Source: an uncultured Clostridia bacterium (GTDB lineage: Bacteria; Bacillota; Clostridia; RGIG6154). Taken from it: a stretch of 40,651 bases of DNA. Position 1 is the stretch's first letter; every line of letters begins with the position of its first letter. The position numbers were made by a program, and so were the translations under genes. Location of the stretch: the NCBI GenBank assembly GCA_944388555.1, contig CALXJH010000221.1, forward strand, positions 1 through 40,651. The letters are read 5' to 3'. The notes below the pieces were generated by a model. That model did not search any database and was not told the DNA's origin. It was given only the letters and a program-made list of their open reading frames with translations. Of this stretch, positions 18,903-26,551 are shown in pieces.

Positions 18903-19142
18903 ATGTTTAAAAAGTGGATGTGTTTTATTTTGTGTGTAGTTTTTGTTGTTTCTTTTATGCCTTTGAGCCAAGCGACAGCGACAGAATATGTGGTGTATTC
19001 CGATAGTCCTCTGATTTCTTTGAGCGGAACATGGACGCCCTCTAAATATGGTCCCGACTACGCTTACTATAATGCTACACCCGGAGACACTATAACCTTT
19101 CAGTTTCCGGAAGTACCTGCCGGCAGATATGAAATTTTATAG
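18903..19142 (+). CDS. N-terminal fragment (signal peptide plus start of repeat A1) of the second giant secreted enzyme, cut off by a -1 frame break
   Basis: GAGGGGAG RBS and ATG 18903. Signal peptide MFKKWMCFILCVVFVVSFMPLSQA. It ends GRYEIL-stop, while paralogous repeat A2 reads GRYELFVENATRPTVHAAWDL. The continuation IETVTRPTIHAAWDL lies in the -1 frame. Confidence 0.8.
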   Translation: MFKKWMCFILCVVFVVSFMPLSQATATEYVVYSDSPLISLSGTWTPSKYGPDYAYYNATPGDTITFQFPEVPAGRYEIL

Positions 19143-19918
19143 AAACGGTAACACGGCCTACCATTCATGCCGCATGGGATTTGGCGGCAGAAGTTACAGT
19201 AATGAATGGCGAGAATTCTGATACGAAGTATTTGAACCAAAAATATGCGGCAGTTTTTTCAAGCCGTCAGGAGGCGCTTGCGGCAGAAAGCGGTGCGGTG
19301 TCGCCCGGAAGTGAGGCGCAGGATGTGAAATATACCTATGTTTCTCTCGGAAGCTATGATATCTCGGATCAGGCAACGGGCGCCGTTGTTTTAAAAGCGT
19401 CCGGCGGGTGTTATACCATGGCATCTAAAATCAAACTCGTGGAGCTGTCAGATGAATATGTAATTGCACCAGGGGATACGCGGATTATGAAAGATGATGC
19501 ATGGTCGAATGTCGCAGGATATGGAAGCGGCCAGGTTTATTTTGCCAACAGGGCGGAAAGCCGTATTACGTATATGCTTGAAAATCTGGAGCCAGGTCGG
19601 TATGAACTATTTGTAGAGAATGCTACACGGCCTACCGTTCATGCCGCATGGGATTTAAACGCAAAAATTGAGTTTACGGCAAGCAATCAAACAGCCACAG
19701 TGTACCTGAATCAAAAATACGCGGTTGCATCTTGGGAAAAAAGTGAAGCGGCAGCGGCGGTTTCGGGTGCTGCTGTACCCGGCGAAAGTGCGGGAGATGT
19801 AAACTATACGGATGTTTCATTAGGTGTTTATGATTTTTCGGATGACGGGAACGAAAAAGTTTCCATCATAGCATCAGGAGGAGGGTATACCATGGCGTCT
19901 AAAATTAAGCTGGTATCA
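18984..19918 (+). repeat. Tandem duplication of a ~155-aa domain (A1 18984-19450, A2 19451-19918); a shorter third variant lies at 19952-20338
   Basis: A1 and A2 share ...GRYE..RPT(I/V)HAAWDL..YLNQKYA..GGxYTMASKIKLV. The nucleotide stretch ACACGGCCTACC(A/G)TTCATGCCGCATGGGATTT occurs at 19151-19182 and 19626-19657. Confidence 0.8.
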
Positions 19919-22900
19919 ACAGATAAAGCATTGACTCAAATTCCGGAAAGCATAGAGCCAATTATTATAAACAATGAAGATACTGCAAAGTTTGAAACTT
20001 CTGGAAATTGGATCGTAAGTGGACTTAAAGGATATGGCGGTTCGGGAACGATTTATACCACCGATTCTTCTGCTAAAGCCAAGTTTAAAATAGAAAACAT
20101 TCCTTCCGGATTATATAAAGTGTCGTTTTATTCGCTGTCTACAACTTCCAATCCGCAGACAGAAATAGAAATCTTCCACCAAAACAGTACAGACAATCTT
20201 ATTTTTGATGCAACAAAAGCCGATGGATTCTCCACCTTAGGATTTTATCTTTTTTCAGGGGACGGAACGGAATATTTAATGGTGACAGGAAGAAGCAGCA
20301 CCAATACCCGCGTAGACAGTATCATGCTTGAAAAAATACCGGGCGGTTCGGATACGGAAATAGAAAAACATTTATTACAGATTCCAAATGTGGATTTGGA
20401 TTATGTAAGCCAGGATTTATCTCTGCCGCAAGTTGGATATAATGGTACCCAAATCTCGTGGCAATCCGATAAGCCGGATGTCGTTTCAGCGCAAGGAGAA
20501 GTTTTTTCGTCTGTGCTTTCCCAAAAGGAAATTGTAACAATGACTGCATTTATTTCAAAAGAAGGACAGCAGACACAAACAAAAACGTTTACTTTGACTG
20601 TGATTCCAAGTACGCCGCTTGTGCTATCAGGTGACGGAATGGTGATAGATGGTGTTTCGATAGACGCAGAAGACCCCTTTACTTTTACTGTAAGAGGAGA
20701 CAGGTATCCGAGTGTCAAATATAGACCGGCAGACGGATTTTTTGATCTATCCGGCTATGAAGTGCTAGCTGTAACTTACGAAAATGTGGGCAGCGTGCCA
20801 TTTTCTATTTCTACCTGGGCTGTTTCTGACGGTTGGGGCGGTATTGGAGGTGTTGGATACTATCAAGGAGAGGCAACCGGGCCCGACTACATTTCTATAA
20901 ATCCGGGTGAAACCAAAACGCAAAACATTTATGTGCAATCTTTCTTCCCGGATCAAAGAAACAAAATGATTGATCCGTCTAATATTACAGCGATACATAG
21001 CGTTTTTAATTCCGGCACACAGAAAGGTGCGAAAGCAAAAATTTTGAGTGTACAGGCGCAGGGCGTTTATACGGATCATTATAATCCTTCCGAAAGACTG
21101 ATAGCGCCTGTTATGCAGGAAGGACAGCCTGAAAAAGGAAAAAGGGTTCGAGTTGGAACAGAGGAGCTTTATTACGCATTGTATTTACCGAAAAACTGGG
21201 TGGATTTGCCAGACAAAAAATATCCGGTTATCGTAGAGTTTAACGGTAATATTTTTTACAGCGGCGGATGCTATTCTACCGGTCTTCCGGAAGATTGCAT
21301 GATGGGTTACGGCGTATCGGAAGGATATGATTATATTTGGATATCCCTTCCCTTTGTATCAGAGGCGGATACCGTTGCTACAAATGCGTGGGGAAGTGCG
21401 CAGAAAACCAGGGATTATACCTTGAAAACTGTCAGAGAAGTATTAGAAACCTATCATGGAGATCCTGCCGGCGTGCTTATTGCCGGATTTTCCAGAGGCG
21501 CTATTTCTACAGGCTATATTGGTCTGATGGATGACGAAATAGCAGATACCTGGATTGGATTCCACGCTACCCAGCATACCGATGGAAGCAATTGGAACGG
21601 TGCGCAGATTGGTTATGAGGAGCGGGGTGTAAGAGTTTTAAACCGCGCAGCAATGATTGTGGATAACGGCTCTTACCCTTGGGCAACCTTGATACCGAGT
21701 TTGGGTTATCCCTTATTGAATTTAAGTTCCGGAATTGTTTGGCATACACCGAGTAATTCTATGGATTACAGAGAGTCATCCCAGCAGGAAAGACAATGGT
21801 ACCGCGAAACCTATTTGAATAAACCCGGTACAAAAGCGTTGACCGGAAAGGTAACCGACAAAAATGGCAATGCTGTTTCCGGTGCGTTGGTTGAAACAGG
21901 AAAAACGCATTTTACAAAAACCGATATGGAAGGCAATTATACATTAGACGGCTTGATTCAGGGAGAAAGAGAAATTTCAGTTACCGTAAATGGTGTAAAA
22001 ATGAAATCGGAACAGATAGATGCTTTTGAAACCAGTGTGTTAAATTTCGTTCTGTCTGATTATGAAGAGCAGCTGTATACGGCACAAATATCCGGAAATG
22101 TTTTATCGGATAATACAGATGCTCAAATAACCGTGACGCTTATAAATAAAGATACCGATGTTTTATCGGTTAAAAAATATCAAACGGATGGTAGCTTTGC
22201 GTTTTTAAATCTGGAACCCGGCAATTATATTTTGAAAATAGAAAAGATGGGATATCTGCCTGAAATAACAGAGGTTTCCGTACAGGAAGCAGAGCGCAAA
22301 GTGCTTGAAGATATAGTGCTTTCACGTTTTGGATTAGCAGAAAGCGAGACCAATCTTTTGATTATGCCCGGAGATTTCTTTACAGATATGGGTACATGGA
22401 AGCGGACCGAAGATGGCGGATACATTGTATTGGAAGGTTTATCCGACATTTCCGCGCATGCACAGGAGGCGAGCACAAAAATAAAGATTCCCAAAGACGG
22501 TGTTTATTATGTGTGGGCGCTGGCAAAGAATGATAGCAATGCTGCAGGAAATTCCTCCTGTAAAATCGGTGTCAACGGGATAGAACTCCCAAACTACATT
22601 GGAGATTACAATGCAGCGTCCGACATTCAAACAACCGGCGCATACAGTTGGGATTTAGCTGGGCAAATTGCACTCAATAACGGTATGGCTTCTGTTTCAC
22701 TGCTGGATGTAAATAAAAATTGTGCAAGCGTAGCTGCCATTATATTAACTACGGATAAGACTTTCAATGGGTTGGGCGAAGTTGATTTACGTGAAGTAAA
22801 GAGCTACCAGGCAGAGGTATGTACAGGAAATTTAGATATCTCTGGTTTAAATGTGAACAGAAACACGATATCCTTTACCTTAAAGAACAGAACGGACGAT

Positions 22901-23149
22901 TTGTTGGAAAAATGTGTCATGCTTGTGGTTCTTTATGCTGCACAGGGTAAAATAGTGGATGTACAAACACGGAAGTTGGAGACACCGCTTCCGGCAAGAA
23001 AAAGTTTGCAGCAGACAAATCTCGTTTTTGATGCCGATAAGCAATGGACAACAGGAAAAGTTATGTTATGGGAAAGCTTTGAGACAATCAAGCCTTTGCA
23101 AACGCCTGAGCTCTTTACTTTTCAAGCGGCAGATACAATGACGGATTGA
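19181..23149 (+). CDS. Main body of the second giant secreted enzyme: repeats A1-A3, atrophied Ig-like domain, beta-sandwich, alpha/beta esterase, 2 CarboxypepD_reg-like domains, shared module copy 5, C-terminal beta domain
   Basis: 1322-aa ORF whose frame is open from 19133. GFSRG nucleophile elbow (21485-21499, Ser codon 21491-21493) follows YALYLPKNW..YPVIVEFNGN. GKVTDKNGNAVSGALVE..DMEGNYTLDGL. There is no signal peptide of its own, so it needs the upstream fragment. Confidence 0.85.
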   Translation: MAAEVTVMNGENSDTKYLNQKYAAVFSSRQEALAAESGAVSPGSEAQDVKYTYVSLGSYDISDQATGAVVLKASGGCYTMASKIKLVELSDEYVIAPGDTRIMKDDAWSNVAGYGSGQVYFANRAESRITYMLENLEPGRYELFVENATRPTVHAAWDLNAKIEFTASNQTATVYLNQKYAVASWEKSEAAAAVSGAAVPGESAGDVNYTDVSLGVYDFSDDGNEKVSIIASGGGYTMASKIKLVSTDKALTQIPESIEPIIINNEDTAKFETSGNWIVSGLKGYGGSGTIYTTDSSAKAKFKIENIPSGLYKVSFYSLSTTSNPQTEIEIFHQNSTDNLIFDATKADGFSTLGFYLFSGDGTEYLMVTGRSSTNTRVDSIMLEKIPGGSDTEIEKHLLQIPNVDLDYVSQDLSLPQVGYNGTQISWQSDKPDVVSAQGEVFSSVLSQKEIVTMTAFISKEGQQTQTKTFTLTVIPSTPLVLSGDGMVIDGVSIDAEDPFTFTVRGDRYPSVKYRPADGFFDLSGYEVLAVTYENVGSVPFSISTWAVSDGWGGIGGVGYYQGEATGPDYISINPGETKTQNIYVQSFFPDQRNKMIDPSNITAIHSVFNSGTQKGAKAKILSVQAQGVYTDHYNPSERLIAPVMQEGQPEKGKRVRVGTEELYYALYLPKNWVDLPDKKYPVIVEFNGNIFYSGGCYSTGLPEDCMMGYGVSEGYDYIWISLPFVSEADTVATNAWGSAQKTRDYTLKTVREVLETYHGDPAGVLIAGFSRGAISTGYIGLMDDEIADTWIGFHATQHTDGSNWNGAQIGYEERGVRVLNRAAMIVDNGSYPWATLIPSLGYPLLNLSSGIVWHTPSNSMDYRESSQQERQWYRETYLNKPGTKALTGKVTDKNGNAVSGALVETGKTHFTKTDMEGNYTLDGLIQGEREISVTVNGVKMKSEQIDAFETSVLNFVLSDYEEQLYTAQISGNVLSDNTDAQITVTLINKDTDVLSVKKYQTDGSFAFLNLEPGNYILKIEKMGYLPEITEVSVQEAERKVLEDIVLSRFGLAESETNLLIMPGDFFTDMGTWKRTEDGGYIVLEGLSDISAHAQEASTKIKIPKDGVYYVWALAKNDSNAAGNSSCKIGVNGIELPNYIGDYNAASDIQTTGAYSWDLAGQIALNNGMASVSLLDVNKNCASVAAIILTTDKTFNGLGEVDLREVKSYQAEVCTGNLDISGLNVNRNTISFTLKNRTDDLLEKCVMLVVLYAAQGKIVDVQTRKLETPLPARKSLQQTNLVFDADKQWTTGKVMLWESFETIKPLQTPELFTFQAADTMTD
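22352..22765 (+). repeat. Module copy 5 of the unassigned domain shared with the 1809-aa protein
   Basis: LLIMPGDFFTDMGTW..GVYYVWALAKND..CKIGVNG..YSWDLAGQIALNNGMASVSLLDVNKNCASVAAIILTTD. Same motif order, but more diverged. Confidence 0.55.
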
Positions 23150-23216
23150 GTTAATCACAAGGAGCTTGCGTAATAATATGCATCAAACAAACCTTGAAAG
23201 GAATTATTAGAAAATA

Positions 23217-23534
23217 ATGAAAAAATGCAAAATTACAGTTATGAAAATAGCATGTTATGCGGATTTGATTGAAAAATACGAAAATCCCATAGCACATCCC
23301 TGTGATATGAAGCAAGGGCAGATATTTATTGCAAATGGATGGCAGAAGCCGGAAGGCATGTGTCAGAGTGCGTGGGACAGCATGTCTGCATTCGTTATGG
23401 CGCTATCCCATGGCGCAGAAAACTTCTATGACGGATGGATGAAAAATAAAGCATCTGCAATGATTGCCTGCAATGATGGTTTTCGGCCGGTCAGCTTCTT
23501 GATAGAGGCGATGGACGAAGAGGCAGAGGAATGA
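23217..23534 (+). CDS. TIGR04076 family protein (assignment from memory)
   Basis: 105 aa. MKKCKITVMK...PCDMKQGQIF..PEGMCQSAWDSM..CNDGFRPVSFLIE resembles my recollection of the family pattern. Confidence 0.6.
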   Translation: MKKCKITVMKIACYADLIEKYENPIAHPCDMKQGQIFIANGWQKPEGMCQSAWDSMSAFVMALSHGAENFYDGWMKNKASAMIACNDGFRPVSFLIEAMDEEAEE

Positions 23535-23724
23535 TAAAAAATTGCGCACACATACGGAAGTATTCTTCAGGCAGAAAAAGTTTATTGTTGGAATCTTCTG
23601 TTTGGCAGGCAGGGAGAAGGTTTATAACCTTCTGTTTACGATCATAAAATCTGGTGGATTTGTATAAAGAAATTTGAGAAAGCATGTAATAGGATATTTG
23701 TTTTTAAGTAGCAGAGGTGTAAAT

Positions 23725-24465
23725 ATGAGCATAGAACAATTTGCAGATATGATCCGTCAAAGCAATCGTATCGTTTTTTTTGGAGGTGCCGGTGTTTCTA
23801 CAGAAAGCGGCATGAAAGATTATCGCAGTAAAGACGGGCTGTATCATACAGTAAAAGATTATGGCGTTCCGCCCGAAACAATACTCAGTATCGATTTTTT
23901 CAAGGCACATCCGGATATTTTTTATGATTTTTATCGCAAATATTTTATGGTGGATGCACAGCCCAATAAGGCACACGAAGCTTTAGTAAAGCTTGAGCAA
24001 AAAGGAAAGCTGAAATCGGTTATTACGCAGAATATAGACGGGCTTCATCAAAAGGCGGGCAGTAAGAATGTAATTGAACTGCACGGAACAGCCAAACGGT
24101 TTTATTGTTATGCCTGCAATAAAATGCTGGATGCTGCACAAGTTTTGCAGCAAATAAAAAAAGGGGAAGTCCCAAAATGCAGTTTCTGCGGCGGATTAGC
24201 AAAGCCAAAAGTTGTATTATATGGAGAAATGCTCTATGACGGCGTTGCTGAGGCCGCAATTGATAATATTGAGAACGCAGACATGCTTATCATCGGCGGA
24301 ACTTCTCTTGCAGTATATCCCGCGGCATCTTTTGTGCAATATTTTAAAGGGAAATATATTGTAGTTGTTAACCGGGACGCCACCAATTTTGACAATCATG
24401 CGGGTTTAGTATTTAGAGATAGTATAGGGGCAGTTTTTAATGATGTTATGCGCAGACTGGAATAA
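23725..24465 (+). CDS. cobB: NAD-dependent protein deacylase (Sir2/CobB-type sirtuin)
   Basis: GAGVSTESGMKDYRS, QNIDGLH, Zn ribbon CYAC..CSFCGG, GTSLAVYPA. ATG 23725 has AGAGG upstream; the track start 23674 is a TTG. Confidence 0.85.
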   Translation: MSIEQFADMIRQSNRIVFFGGAGVSTESGMKDYRSKDGLYHTVKDYGVPPETILSIDFFKAHPDIFYDFYRKYFMVDAQPNKAHEALVKLEQKGKLKSVITQNIDGLHQKAGSKNVIELHGTAKRFYCYACNKMLDAAQVLQQIKKGEVPKCSFCGGLAKPKVVLYGEMLYDGVAEAAIDNIENADMLIIGGTSLAVYPAASFVQYFKGKYIVVVNRDATNFDNHAGLVFRDSIGAVFNDVMRRLE

Positions 24466-24658
24466 TGCTATTTTGCAATACCAATCCAAAGGACAAGGTG
24501 AAAAACAGATGCCAAAGCATATCCGGCAAACGCTGAACAAATTATGCGCTTTTCAAATTTAATCATTGTGTATTTATATTGAAAATGAATAACAGGACAT
24601 GTTTAAAATAGCGTAAACTTTATTATGTTTCGAACAGTAATGATTAGGAGTGTGAAAA

Positions 24659-25012
24659 ATGATTATTTTTATGTGTTATCCTAAATGCACAACTTGTCAA
24701 AAGGCAAAGGCGTGGCTTGATGAAAACAAAAAGGAATATACGTTCCGCAATATTAAAGAAAACAATCCAACCCTGGATGAAATTAAGACATGGCATAAAA
24801 TGTCCGGACTTCCTTTGAAGAAATTTTTCAATACAAGCGGACTTTTGTATAAGTCATTAAACCTGAAAGAAAAACTGAAAGATATGTCAGAAGACGAACA
24901 GTGCGCATTACTTTCAACAGACGGTATGCTTGTCAAACGGCCATTGGTCGTTGGCAAGGACTTTGTGCTTGTTGGTTTTAAAGAAAAAGAATGGCAGGAC
25001 GCACTTAAATAA
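24659..25012 (+). CDS. ArsC/Spx/MgsR family protein (YffB-like)
   Basis: 117 aa. N-terminal CTTC redox motif in YPKCTTCQKAKAWL, and C-terminal LVKRPLVV. Confidence 0.75.
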   Translation: MIIFMCYPKCTTCQKAKAWLDENKKEYTFRNIKENNPTLDEIKTWHKMSGLPLKKFFNTSGLLYKSLNLKEKLKDMSEDEQCALLSTDGMLVKRPLVVGKDFVLVGFKEKEWQDALK

Positions 25013-25302
25013 CTTGTTGCAAAAATAGTATTTTCTCTTTTAGCCAAATGAATGACCAAGATAAGACATGTAAACAAGTTTTAATAGAGATGTTTTTGTT
25101 TTATTATACAAGCAATCATATGTAAAAAAATTATAAGAGTTGGAGATTGGAACGAACAGGATAACGAAAATGATCTCTTTACTGCGAAGCGCAGCCCGAG
25201 CGCAGAAAAGCATACGGGTCAATCGAGGAAATCAAAGTCAACAATTAAGCAGATTGGATAAAGTTATTATTAGAGCCATAAAATTTTCATGTTTGAGGGA
25301 CA

Positions 25303-25860
25303 ATGAATATTGAAATTATAAAGAGCAAGAGGAAAACTCTTGTTATAGAAATTAAAAAAGATTTGCGGATTATTGTCCGTGCGCCGCTGTTTGTGTCAGA
25401 CAGGGAAATACGGCGGTTTGTTGCAGAAAAATCCGATTGGATTGAAAAGACATTACAAAAGGTTCAGGCAAGAAATGAACAGGAAAAGAAAAATCTTCTT
25501 CCAAAATTTACGAAAGAGGAAATCCGTGATCTTGCGCGCCAAGCTTTAGAGCTTATACCAGGTCGTGTAGAAACCTATGCAAAAATAATGGGCGTTACCT
25601 ATGGTAAAATCAGCATAAGAAATCAGGTATCCCGTTGGGGAAGCTGTTCTTCAAAAGGCAATCTTAATTTTAATTGCCTTTTGTTGTTGTGCCCAAAAGA
25701 GGTGCTCAATTACGTGGTTGTTCATGAACTATGCCACCGAAAAGAAATGAATCACTCCAAAAAATTTTGGCAGCTTGTGGAGCGCTTTTGTCCTGAATAC
25801 GAGCAACATAAGAAGTGGCTCAAAGAGCAGGGAAATGAACTTATAAGGAGGCTGCCGTAA
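25303..25860 (+). CDS. YgjP-like (DUF45 / M48-type) zinc metallopeptidase
   Basis: HELCHRKEMNHSKKFW (HExxH..H) near the C-terminus, and SRWGSCS upstream of it. Confidence 0.8.
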   Translation: MNIEIIKSKRKTLVIEIKKDLRIIVRAPLFVSDREIRRFVAEKSDWIEKTLQKVQARNEQEKKNLLPKFTKEEIRDLARQALELIPGRVETYAKIMGVTYGKISIRNQVSRWGSCSSKGNLNFNCLLLLCPKEVLNYVVVHELCHRKEMNHSKKFWQLVERFCPEYEQHKKWLKEQGNELIRRLP

Positions 25861-26040
25861 TGCCTGCGTTTAACGAATATTTGTGGAATGCAAAAACATA
25901 TATTCGATGCCATATTCTTTTTGAACTAAATCATTTGCTTTTTATTGCTGTATACCATTATTGCGCATATAGTACGCATCTGTGGATAGTATTGTGAATT
26001 GAACTTTTCAGCGTTGTCATAATTTGGGTACTTGCTCCAG

Positions 26041-26069
26041 TTGACAATAATAAACGATTAACGATAAAT
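26041..26069 (+). promoter_or_regulatory. Near-consensus sigma-70-type promoter at the head of the ABC / nucleotidyltransferase-kinase island
   Basis: -35 TTGACA (26041-26046), exactly 17 nt of spacer, -10 ATAAAT (26064-26069). Confidence 0.55.
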
Positions 26070-26090
26070 GAAAAAAGACATTTTAAGAAA

Positions 26091-26258
26091 ATGAGTCGAG
26101 TATATACAGTGTTTATAGGGGGGACAATTGTGGCGTCTATTATTGTGTCTGGTATAGAACAATATGCATTTTCTTATTCAGTGGGAGTATGTTCAACATC
26201 TTTGTCGTTATTGCCTGCATATTTTCGGGAAAATTCGGAGCTAATTAATAAGATTTGA
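26091..26258 (+). CDS. Hypothetical 55-aa hydrophobic, Ser/Thr-rich peptide (below the track's 60-aa cutoff)
   Basis: ATG 26091 to TGA 26256-26258. MSRVYTVFIGGTIVASIIVSGIEQYAFSYSVGVCSTSLSLLPAYFRENSELINKI. It is the first ORF after the promoter, but has no convincing SD. Confidence 0.25.
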   Translation: MSRVYTVFIGGTIVASIIVSGIEQYAFSYSVGVCSTSLSLLPAYFRENSELINKI

Positions 26259-26302
26259 ATGTTGGTATCAACATTTGAAAATACAAGAAAGGAGAGAAGA
26301 AA

Positions 26303-26551
26303 ATGAAAAAGATATATTTAAAGGAATACATTATTAAACAAATTTTTTATTCTAATTATATTCCATTCTATCTCGACAACGGTGTAGAACGTAATTATAA
26401 ATTGCTAAATAATTTGCTTAAGAATGTTTTGATTTACGAATATGAATTTCTGCCGGAAAAGAAAAGTGTACATTATCTTGCGGATTTTTGCGAAAACATT
26501 TTTAAAAACTTAATTCATAAAAAGGGGGATGAGCGATGTCGGATGTCTTAA
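26303..26551 (+). CDS. 82-aa hypothetical protein, possible PqqD-like peptide-recognition element (RRE)
   Basis: AGGAG 7 nt upstream. Overlaps the next start by 16 nt. Very AT-rich. The C-terminal pattern YEFLPEKKSVHYLADFCENIFKNLIHKKG resembles PqqD's Y.v..e....dv..Fl..L...glI. Confidence 0.6.
   Translation: MKKIYLKEYIIKQIFYSNYIPFYLDNGVERNYKLLNNLLKNVLIYEYEFLPEKKSVHYLADFCENIFKNLIHKKGDERCRMS

Noticed and set aside
19131-19142. The break might be a programmed -1 ribosomal frameshift joining 18903-19142 to 19181-23149.
   Set aside because: The site (GAA ATT TTA TAG) is not a canonical X XXY YYZ slippery heptamer in the zero frame. No obvious downstream stimulatory structure was seen. Four other -1 breaks at homopolymers make an indel the simpler explanation.
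23725-24465. A Sir2-domain gene that might be an anti-phage defence component (Thoeris, DSR or SIR2-HerA type).
   Set aside because: It is a compact 246-aa CobB-type sirtuin with all the housekeeping motifs: GAGVSTESG, QNIDGLH, a CxxC..CxxC Zn ribbon and GTSL.V.P. It has no extra sensor or effector domain and no partner gene (ThsB/TIR, HerA, pAgo) nearby.
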